A stretch of DNA of 64,000 bases from Eledone cirrhosa (taxonomy: Eukaryota): NCBI GenBank assembly GCA_964016885.1, contig OZ024741.1, positions 202,802,001 through 202,866,000 of the forward strand, read 5' to 3'. This document shows positions 29,809 through 39,563 of the stretch, in pieces (within the stretch, counting starts at the first letter, position 1; each line of letters opens with the position of its first letter). Below the pieces are notes generated by a model. It was not told the DNA's origin. It made no database searches and saw nothing but the letters and a program-made list of their open reading frames with translations. Both the position numbers and the translations under genes were made by a program.

Positions 29809-29810
<2 letters not shown>
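29558..29810 (+). mobile_element. RTE-clade LINE 3' end
   Basis: Encodes [39 protein letters not shown] and ends in an (ATG)n tail. Confidence 0.8.
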
Positions 29811-29858
<48 letters not shown>

Positions 29859-32523
29859 TTGCGAGGTTTTTTATATGAAATCGTGTGTCGAAACAGATAT
29901 TGTTATATTTGGGGAGGGTCATATTTGCGTAATATTGCCAGAATTAATAACAGAACACACTCACTGTTTGGTTGGTTTTCGCTTCTCGCTGTCTTTTATA
30001 TATATATATCTGCGATCTAACTTACTCGGTCCTCAATGTTGCCATTGACTGACCGGCGGTCAAAAATAATACAGATACAATATAGACAAACACATATATA
30101 TATAGTTTACATAAATCTTTCGTTGCACATCTGCAACATCGTCAGTGGTGTTATATTCATTGTTCCTCCTGTTGTGTTGTATGTCTACGCCATTTTTTTT
30201 TTGTTCAGTCTGTCTATATATTTATTTATTTATTTGCTTGTTTGTTTATCTTATTTTATTTTGTCTTCTTTGCGCATGCGTTTGCGTGTGTGTATAGTGT
30301 TATGTGTGATGTGTGACTAGTGTGTATAGTGTTGTGTCTGCTGGGTGACTAGTGTGTGTTTATGTGCTTGTGTATGTATTTATTTATCTTATTTTATTTA
30401 ATTTAATTTACTTATTTATTTATACTTCTCTTAGGTCAGTGTTGTTTGTTTGGGTGTTGTTGTTGTTCCACTCATTCTTTCTGTTTAGCTTTGGTCTTCT
30501 AATTTCTATTTCACTGGCCTCTCTGATTTGCCTATCTGCTGGGTCATTCCTATGTTTAGATATTATTCTAATTTCTATGTTGTCTATGTTACCGTCATGA
30601 TGTTGTCTAGCATGTTCGTATAGTACTGACCCGTTTTTTCGTCCTTTTAGTTCCCCCCAGTGTTGGTCTATCCTTTCACCTATGCTACGAGCTGTCTCAC
30701 CTATGTATGTTGTTGTCGTGTTTCTGCAAGTACCCTCTGTACATCTTATGCTATAGACTACGTTTCTAGTTTTACAGTTTATCCGGGGGTTCACCTTACA
30801 TATGATACATTTCCTATTGGTACAGTGGGTTTTCTTAAAAGGGTAGGTTTTGCTGATCAGGGATTTTATGGTGGTTCCTGGCTTTTCTACCACCTTTATT
30901 TTTAAGTGGGTCTTTCTCAGGGCCTTTCTACACTGGTTAGCTAATTTCCCTCCAGGGGTGGCGTCCACAAACATGACACTCTGATATCTCTGGTTGTCGT
31001 ACCATGATGTGGCCTTCCCTATCTTATGTCTAGCCCTATCTAAGCTATTCCATGATTTGCTCCTGTATAGTGGGCAAATTCCTTTCATGTCCAGTTCTAT
31101 GAGGGTCTTATACTTTTCCATGGCTCCTTCGTATACTCTGACTCTGTCTCTTTGGTTGTAGCCAGAGAACTGCATGCGGTTGATGAAGTGTTGGATGTGT
31201 CCTTCCATTTCTGTTGGGTCGCACATGCTGGACACATTCTTCATCACTCGTACCAAATCTGCGATCAGAATATTAAACTTAGCACTACTGGACATTGCTG
31301 AGTTTTTGAGTATCAAATTCTCCACTCACACTATGCTAAACCCATGGCCTCCAAATACCTGATACTCAAAAACTCAGCAATGTCCAGTAGTGCTAAGTTT
31401 AATATTCTGATCGCAGATTTGGTACGAGTGATGAAGAATGTGTCCAGCATGTGCGACCCAACAGAAATGGAAGGACACATCCAACACTTCATCAACCGCA
31501 TGCAGTTCTCTGGCTACAACCAAAGAGACAGAGTCAGAGTATACGAAGGAGCCATGGAAAAGTATAAGACCCTCATAGAACTGGACATGAAAGGAATTTG
31601 CCCACTATACAGGAGCAAATCATGGAATAGCTTAGATAGGGCTAGACATAAGATAGGGAAGGCCACATCATGGTACGACAACCAGAGATATCAGAGTGTC
31701 ATGTTTGTGGACGCCACCCCTGGAGGGAAATTAGCTAACCAGTGTAGAAAGGCCCTGAGAAAGACCCACTTAAAAATAAAGGTGGTAGAAAAGCCAGGAA
31801 CCACCATAAAATCCCTGATCAGCAAAACCTACCCTTTTAAGAAAACCCACTGTACCAATAGGAAATGTATCATATGTAAGGTGAACCCCCGGATAAACTG
31901 TAAAACTAGAAACGTAGTCTATAGCATAAGATGTACAGAGGGTACTTGCAGAAACACGACAACAACATACATAGGTGAGACAGCTCGTAGCATAGGTGAA
32001 AGGATAGACCAACACTGGGGGGAACTAAAAGGACGAAAAAACGGGTCAGTACTATACGAACATGCTAGACAACATCATGACGGTAACATAGACAACATAG
32101 AAATTAGAATAATATCTAAACATAGGAATGACCCAGCAGATAGGCAAATCAGAGAGGCCAGTGAAATAGAAATTAGAAGACCAAAGCTAAACAGAAAGAA
32201 TGAGTGGAACAACAACAACACCCAAACAAACAACACTGACCTAAGAGAAGTATAAATAAATAAGTAAATTAAATTAAATAAAATAAGATAAATAAATACA
32301 TACACAAGCACATAAACACACACTAGTCACCCAGCAGACACAACACTATACACACTAGTCACACATCACACATAACACTATACACACACGCAAACGCATG
32401 CGCAAAGAAGACAAAATAAAATAAGATAAACAAACAAGCAAATAAATAAATAAATATATAGACAGACTGAACAAAAAAAAAATGGCGTAGACATACAACA
32501 CAACAGGAGGAACAATGAATATA

Positions 32524-32565
32524 ACACCACTGACGATGTTGCAGATGTGCAACGAAAGATTTATG
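32524..32565 (+). ncRNA. Hammerhead-like core in the PLE pLTR (copies at 36654-36695 +, 30110-30151 -, ~25717-25755 +)
   Basis: CTGACGA-T-GTTGCA gatg TGCAAC-GAA-AGATTT-A; the proximal stem I is only 2 bp (CA/TG). Confidence 0.6.
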
Positions 32566-32752
32566 TAAACTATATATATATGTGTTTGTCTATATTGTAT
32601 CTGTATTATTTTTGACCGCCGGTCAGTCAATGGCAACATTGAGGACCGAGTAAGTTAGATCGCAGATATATATATATAAAAGACAGCGAGAAGCGAAAAC
32701 CAACCAAACAGTGAGTGTGTTCTGTTATTAATTCTGGCAATATTACGCAAAT

Positions 32753-35700
32753 ATGACCCTCCCCAAATATAACAATATCTGTTTCGACACACGATTTCAT
32801 ATAAAAAACCTCGCAAAACTAATTCATCGCCGCTATGGCATTAGCTTGTGCCAAGCTGAAAGGTTATTGAAAGACACTGTTTTCTGTTATATAAAAACTA
32901 CAATAACAACAGAACAAATCCGCTTCTTAAAACACTGTGTTTCCTCCAAAACATACACAACAAACATATCAAAACAAGTAAATAATTTATTATTGAACAA
33001 AACACAAGCTGAACGGCTAAAACACACAATAACAGTTAATATGAAAAGAACAACATACACAAAAGTCAACGCACTCTACAGACAAAAACGCATCAACGGT
33101 AAGGAAATCCGAAATCTCATCACAGCAAACGAGAGAGATGACTTCATGAGCGTCATCCGACGCGAAACGAAATATGCTCAAAACGAATGCTGTAGGCATT
33201 TCAAGAAGAAATTAGAATGGATGAATAAGAAAAAACTACAAGAAAGGAAAATCGAATATTCTCAAAAATACCCAGATAACATCGACAACATCCGTATGAG
33301 TGATGTAAAACTACCGGAAGAATTTACCAATGACCACACAGTAAATATCTATGGGAACACTTTAATCAGTGAACAAGAACAACAAATCCTAAAGTTACCA
33401 CCAAAATTTGCCATCTACAAAAAGATTAATCCTATGGAATGCAAAACGGAGCTGGAAAAGTGTTTCACAAAAATACGTTGGAATGCAAAGGTAAACAACA
33501 ACAACAATAATAACGGTAGTAGTAATATAAACAATAACTCTGGGTATAGAAATAACAGCCATAACCATAACAATGGCAGGAAAGTGAGAAATAGTGATAA
33601 TGGTAATAATACTAGCGATAGACAGAACAACAACAACCACAATAATAATAATAATAGAAACGTTAACCACAGACACAGCAACAGTGACCACAGTAGTAAT
33701 AACGGTAACAATACGAACAACAACAACAACAATAACCACAGTGGTAATAATGGAAATAGTACATGTAGCAACATCAACAAAAACAAGAAACATAATAATA
33801 GTAACAACCACAATGGTAGAAATAGCAGTAACAACAACAACAATAACGGTGAAGTAAACAACAATACATCTAGCAATCATAACAATAATAATATTAATGC
33901 TAAGGATAGAAACAACAACAACCACCATGATAACAATAATAGCAACACACACAACTATGACGATAGAAATAACGACAACCCCTTAGAGAAACTATTTTTC
34001 AACCCAGCTGACAAAACATATAAGATGGGTAATATCTATCCTACGAGGTTACCCTTTAATAAAAGAGTTTGCATACCACAACAAATAGATGACGAGACGG
34101 AGGCACAGTTCACCATAGCTAGAAATAAGATTAGACAAGTAGTAGACAGGTACACTATGAGACAGAGCAGACCAGAGGCCCAACAACTTGGGATAAAACC
34201 TGTAGAAGGCTTGGTTAGCCTCAAGCAGCGCACAAGGGATGGTGAGGTAGTGTGTCTACCCACAGATAAGTCTGGTAGGATGTCAATAGATAGCATGCCG
34301 AACTACATCGAGGCAATGCAACCCCACATCACCAACACGAGCGAAGTTGCACAACTAACACACGATGGGAGAGAAAAAATCCTCAACGCTCACATGATGA
34401 TGTGGACTGACATCCTAAAGCCAAGCAGACGCACTGCCAACAACTTCCAGGCGTCTAACAATGGCATACCACCCTTGTATGGGCTCCGCAAAGACCACAA
34501 GACAGTCGACGACCCGACAATAGGACCACCAACAAGACCTGTATGCGGAGCTAATATAGCTAGCAACTACAGGATCTCCTACTTCCTCTCAATGGTTATA
34601 CGCCCCATAATCAAGATGTCCCCAGATGTATGTGAAAGTACAGAGGACCTCCTCAGCAGAATCAGTGAGTGCAACAAAAACAGGAGCCTATCCAACTGCA
34701 TAATAGGCAGCATGGATGTGGTGTCACTGTACCCATCCATTAACATTGATTTTGCTGTGAAAAGATGTGTGGAGATGATCATTGAGAGTGAGGTGGAGTT
34801 CTGCGACGTCGACACAGACGAACTGGGCCTCCTACTTAGACTTACCTACGACACTGACTACCTAGACAGCCATGACCTTAGATGTTTCTGCCCTAGTAGA
34901 CCTATAAGAGGTAGACCCCCCACCATAACCTCAATGGCTAAAAAGACTCCCATAGGAAGGTGGATTGGGTGGACCAAAGCTATACGGACCCCCCAAAACA
35001 CTGATCAGGTAAGAAAAATGGTCGCACATGCAATAGGGGCTAGTATCAAAACTACCCTAAAGGGCCACATATTTAAGTTCAATGAGAAAATCTACACCCA
35101 AAATGAGGGAGCAGCCATCGGCGTCAGCATAGCTGGCGATGTTGCCAACCTTTTCATGGTATGGTGGGAAAGGAGACTTAAAGATCTCCTTAATGAAAGC
35201 TCCATAGACCTCATCATGTACTCTCGTTATGTAGACGATATCAATATAGTTATAAGAACACCCCCACTAGAGAGCACTAACAAGTTTGATTTAGAACGTA
35301 GCACGATGGAAAGCATCCAGCAGATAGCTAATTCCATACACCAGAGTATAACTGTAACTATAGACTTCCCTTCCAAACACCCTAACAATAGACTACCTGT
35401 ATTAGACACAGAACTCTGGATTAACACTATAGACGAGAGAGCCCAAATTCTCCACTCACACTATGCTAAACCCATGGCCTCCAAATACCTGATACTCAAA
35501 AACTCAGCAATGTCCAGTAGTGCTAAGTTTAATATTCTGATCGCAGATTTGGTACGAGTGATGAAGAATGTGTCCAGCATGTGCGACCCAACAGAAATGG
35601 AAGGACACATCCAACACTTCATCAACCGCATGCAGTTCTCTGGCTACAACCAAAGAGACAGAGTCAGAGTATACGAAGGAGCCATGGAAAAGTATAAGAC

Positions 35701-36385
35701 CCTCATAGAACTGGACATGAAAGGAATTTGCCCACTATACAGGAGCAAATCATGGAATAGCTTAGATAGGGCTAGACATAAGATAGGGAAGGCCACATCA
35801 TGGTACGACAACCAGAGATATCAGAGTGTCATGTTTGTGGACGCCACCCCTGGAGGGAAATTAGCTAACCAGTGTAGAAAGGCCCTGAGAAAGACCCACT
35901 TAAAAATAAAGGTGGTAGAAAAGCCAGGAACCACCATAAAATCCCTGATCAGCAAAACCTACCCTTTTAAGAAAACCCACTGTACCAATAGGAAATGTAT
36001 CATATGTAAGGTGAACCCCCGGATAAACTGTAAAACTAGAAACGTAGTCTATAGCATAAGATGTACAGAGGGTACTTGCAGAAACACGACAACAACATAC
36101 ATAGGTGAGACAGCTCGTAGCATAGGTGAAAGGATAGACCAACACTGGGGGGAACTAAAAGGACGAAAAAACGGGTCAGTACTATACGAACATGCTAGAC
36201 AACATCATGACGGTAACATAGACAACATAGAAATTAGAATAATATCTAAACATAGGAATGACCCAGCAGATAGGCAAATCAGAGAGGCCAGTGAAATAGA
36301 AATTAGAAGACCAAAGCTAAACAGAAAGAATGAGTGGAACAACAACAACACCCAAACAAACAACACTGACCTAAGAGAAGTATAA
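32753..36385 (+). CDS. PLE reverse transcriptase + C-terminal GIY-YIG endonuclease, 1210 aa, uninterrupted
   Basis: TDKSG, PPLYGLRKDHK..RPV, MDVVSLYPSI, QNEGAAIG..ANLFM, RYVDD, LPVLD; Cys-rich linker CTNRKCIIC; VYSIRC..YIGETAR..RIDQH..E..LN. Confidence 0.95.
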   Translation: MTLPKYNNICFDTRFHIKNLAKLIHRRYGISLCQAERLLKDTVFCYIKTTITTEQIRFLKHCVSSKTYTTNISKQVNNLLLNKTQAERLKHTITVNMKRTTYTKVNALYRQKRINGKEIRNLITANERDDFMSVIRRETKYAQNECCRHFKKKLEWMNKKKLQERKIEYSQKYPDNIDNIRMSDVKLPEEFTNDHTVNIYGNTLISEQEQQILKLPPKFAIYKKINPMECKTELEKCFTKIRWNAKVNNNNNNNGSSNINNNSGYRNNSHNHNNGRKVRNSDNGNNTSDRQNNNNHNNNNNRNVNHRHSNSDHSSNNGNNTNNNNNNNHSGNNGNSTCSNINKNKKHNNSNNHNGRNSSNNNNNNGEVNNNTSSNHNNNNINAKDRNNNNHHDNNNSNTHNYDDRNNDNPLEKLFFNPADKTYKMGNIYPTRLPFNKRVCIPQQIDDETEAQFTIARNKIRQVVDRYTMRQSRPEAQQLGIKPVEGLVSLKQRTRDGEVVCLPTDKSGRMSIDSMPNYIEAMQPHITNTSEVAQLTHDGREKILNAHMMMWTDILKPSRRTANNFQASNNGIPPLYGLRKDHKTVDDPTIGPPTRPVCGANIASNYRISYFLSMVIRPIIKMSPDVCESTEDLLSRISECNKNRSLSNCIIGSMDVVSLYPSINIDFAVKRCVEMIIESEVEFCDVDTDELGLLLRLTYDTDYLDSHDLRCFCPSRPIRGRPPTITSMAKKTPIGRWIGWTKAIRTPQNTDQVRKMVAHAIGASIKTTLKGHIFKFNEKIYTQNEGAAIGVSIAGDVANLFMVWWERRLKDLLNESSIDLIMYSRYVDDINIVIRTPPLESTNKFDLERSTMESIQQIANSIHQSITVTIDFPSKHPNNRLPVLDTELWINTIDERAQILHSHYAKPMASKYLILKNSAMSSSAKFNILIADLVRVMKNVSSMCDPTEMEGHIQHFINRMQFSGYNQRDRVRVYEGAMEKYKTLIELDMKGICPLYRSKSWNSLDRARHKIGKATSWYDNQRYQSVMFVDATPGGKLANQCRKALRKTHLKIKVVEKPGTTIKSLISKTYPFKKTHCTNRKCIICKVNPRINCKTRNVVYSIRCTEGTCRNTTTTYIGETARSIGERIDQHWGELKGRKNGSVLYEHARQHHDGNIDNIEIRIISKHRNDPADRQIREASEIEIRRPKLNRKNEWNNNNTQTNNTDLREV

Positions 36386-36900
36386 ATAAATAAGTAAATT
36401 AAATTAAATAAAATAAGATAAATAAATACATACACAAGCACATAAACACACACTAGTCACCCAGCAGACACAACACTATACACACTAGTCACACATCACA
36501 CATAACACTATACACACACGCAAACGCATGCGCAAAGAAGACAAAATAAAATAAGATAAACAAACAAGCAAATAAATAAATAAATATATAGACAGACTGA
36601 ACAAAAAAAAAATGGCGTAGACATACAACACAACAGGAGGAACAATGAATATAACACCACTGACGATGTTGCAGATGTGCAACGAAAGATTTATGTAAAC
36701 TATATATATATGTGTTTGTCTATATTGTATCTGTATTATTTTTGACCGCCGGTCAGTCAATGGCAACATTGAGGACCGAGTAAGTTAGATCGCAGATATA
36801 TATATATAAAAGACAGCGAGAAGCGAAAACCAACCAAACAGTGAGTGTGTTCTGTTATTAATTCTGGCAATATTACGCAAATATGACCCTCCCCAAATAT

Positions 36901-36930
<30 letters not shown>

Positions 36931-36933
<3 letters not shown>

Positions 36934-37215
36934 GAAAAAAAGATGAAATCGAAAATGCAACTGGAGTCTTATTTTAAAAAAAATATATGTATTTATTTGG
37001 TTCCTTTATGTGAAAACCACAGACCCTCCATATCAACTCTACTTTTGAAAAGCAGAAGAACTGCGAAACCGGTAAAGGAACCAAATAAATATATATATAT
37101 TTTTTTAAAAATAAGACTCCAGTTGCATTTTCGATTTCATCTCTTTTTCTTTATACTTTCACTCGTGTAGGACACCTCGGTTATTTTTCATTTTGTAAAA
37201 AAACCCTCACTTTCT
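36931..37215. mobile_element. Fold-back element with U3-A8 variant hammerhead (37042-37077)
   Basis: Arms 36931-37008 / 37073-37152. Core reads CTT-TTGAAAA-GCAG aagaa CTGC-GAA-ACCGGT-A-AAG. Confidence 0.7.
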
Positions 37216-38298
37216 AATATATATATATATATATAACGAAGGAGTTGGTAAGGAACCAGATGGACCATATCGCACCAGAGTACTCAATACTTAGGATAGT
37301 AGAGTGGGTAATAGGAAAAGGTATGACTCCGACGGCACATACGCATATATACATACATATATATAAATATACGCATATATACATGCATATATATGAATAT
37401 ATATATATACAAGATATATATATATACATTGATATTAAATAAATGGAAACTATATTTATGAAACCATATTTATTCTGTTATATATATTATTTAATATCAA
37501 TGTATATTATACTCCAGAAAATGTTGAGTGCTCTAAATCAGTTATAAACATTTATATTTGTTGAATTACCAACAAATTGAATATCCTTTCTGCTTATATA
37601 TATATATATTTATATATATGTACACATATATGCATATCTATCTATATATATATGTATATATATAGCATGTATATATATAGCATGTATATATATAGCATGT
37701 ATATATATATGTGTGTGTATATATATATGTGTATATATATATGTGTAAGTATATATGTATATATATGTGTATATATATATATGTGTGTATATATATTTAT
37801 GTGTATATATACATGTATTGTGTGTGTGTGTGTATGTGTGTGTGCGCGTGCGTATATATATATATACATATATATATAATTGTTTCTACTTTTGGCACAA
37901 GGCCAGCAATGACCCAGTAGATTACGTGTACTTTATTTTATCGACCCCGTAAGGATGAAAGGCAAAGTTAACCTCGGCGGGATTTGAACTCAGACCGTAA
38001 AGGGACGTAACTTGAAGCATGGCGTCTGACTCTCTACCGATACTGCCAACCCCCCGCCGCCCATTATATATATATATATATATATTTTTTTTGAGTTTAT
38101 GTTGGTTGTATACCAACACCTCAGTATGCAGGCTGGAGCACTCGACGTAGTGCGCAGGTTGGTTTGGTTACTCCGGAGTAGATATGATTCCAGTTCCTCA
38201 GTGAAATAACAACCCAACCATGAACTGGGCATATCAGAGTATTGACAACATTATACACTTCAACAACATATGTACTTGTCTATACCATACTAATTCAA

Positions 38299-38353
38299 AC
38301 TGCCTGAAGAGGTCACAGCCAAAGATGGCTGTCACTGAAATATATATAGCAGT
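38299..38353 (+). ncRNA. Type I hammerhead ribozyme in a TA-embedded repeat (~38090-38405)
   Basis: ACTGC-CTGAAGA-GGT(C)ACAGCCA aaga TGGCTGT(C)ACT-GAA-ATATATAT-A-GCAGT, then AATAAA. An internally deleted relative lies at 29016-29102. Confidence 0.85.
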
Positions 38354-38521
38354 AATAAACGAAGCTAAATTTTAATCATTTGACTTTTTATTTAACTTTA
38401 TTTTATATATATATATATATATCTATATATATATATAATGATTTCTACTATAGGAACAAGGGATGGGAAAGTCGATTAAATAGACTCCAGTACGTTACTG
38501 GTGCTTTATTTTATCGGCCTC

Positions 38522-38600
<79 letters not shown>

Positions 38601-38603
<3 letters not shown>

Positions 38604-39547
38604 TTCATTTATTAGCCACAAGGGCCGACATGTAGGGGACAATACAAAGACAGGGACAGTGGAGGTTTACAATAAGGTCGAGTAAAAGTGTACAATGGCA
38701 AGACTAATTTAACAATGAAGATATAAAAATATAAAATAAACTATGCATAAATATAACAAAATAAATTCCCCGATATGGGGTGGACGACCCTGGGGTGATT
38801 CGGGTACCCCACCAATCCTGAACCACCCTGCGCTTCTAGGGCGCCCAGGGAGAGCACCCCTCTCCTCAAGTTAGCTAGCCTATAGGCGCATGGTCAGAGT
38901 AGGCCCATTCACACGAGCCATTCTCGTCACATTCATCCACCTTTTAGCAAATGTACTGGGGGGCAGCACATCTCTCTCCACCCTCACCCTCCTTTCCAGG
39001 TGAAACTTGAAGAAGTTGATGAGGGATTGGCCGAAGAGAAAAGTGTCTGTCTTTAGTCCTTTCAACCTGGTCCACCATATAATCTCTTTCGCAACTGCCA
39101 CCAGACAGAGGAAAATGTCCTGCTCTTCCTGACCTAAGGAAGGTGGCGGCTCGATCTTCACTATGGACTCGGCCGATAGCCGGATTCGTTCCACACGCGA
39201 CAGTAGCTGTTCGACATAACTCCACAAGTCAGTAATGCACGGACATTGGACAAGTGCGTGCAGAACGGTGTCGTCGTTCTGTGCGCATCTTGGGCAGGTC
39301 TGTCTGACAGCACTTCCGTGCCTGTAGAGTTTATCCCGAACCGGCAGTGCCCCCTGGTAGCACTGCCAAGCGAGGGATTTCTGGAAATTGTCCATCGTCC
39401 CCGGCTCAAAAGTCCTCCGGTACAGACTGGTCAGTTCGACTTCGTCGAGGCCCAAAGCTTCTCCGAGTGCGTCATCGCACTTGCCCACCACTAATCCTCT
39501 ATAGAACTCGAGAGTGGAAGTTCCACTGATCGCATTGCCCGCTTGGT
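38601..39547 (-). mobile_element. Tx1/L1-clade LINE no.1, 5'-truncated (ORF2 C-terminus + 3' UTR)
   Basis: FQKSLAWQCYQGALPVRDKL..CPRC..HALVQC zinc-finger region; (AAT)n on both sides; closest to no.4. Confidence 0.9.
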
Positions 39548-39563
39548 AAATAATAATAATAAT

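Larger units (their letters stand above)
29854..36908 (+). mobile_element. Penelope-like retroelement: inverted arm (29854-31315), partial tandem (31314-32778) and full unit, inserted in (TA)n
   Basis: Direct repeat 31314-32778 = 35444-36908 (period 4130). Inverted arms 29854-31315 / 31360-32821. The three translated GIY-YIG segments are identical. Confidence 0.95.

Noticed and set aside
30420-32255. Two stand-alone ~300-aa GIY-YIG ORFs
   Set aside because: They are exact truncated copies of the PLE C-terminus created by the inversion and tandem, not independent genes.
33395-33952. Hydrophobic antisense ORFs resembling membrane proteins
   Set aside because: They are the reverse complement of the AAC/AAT-rich tract of the PLE ORF.
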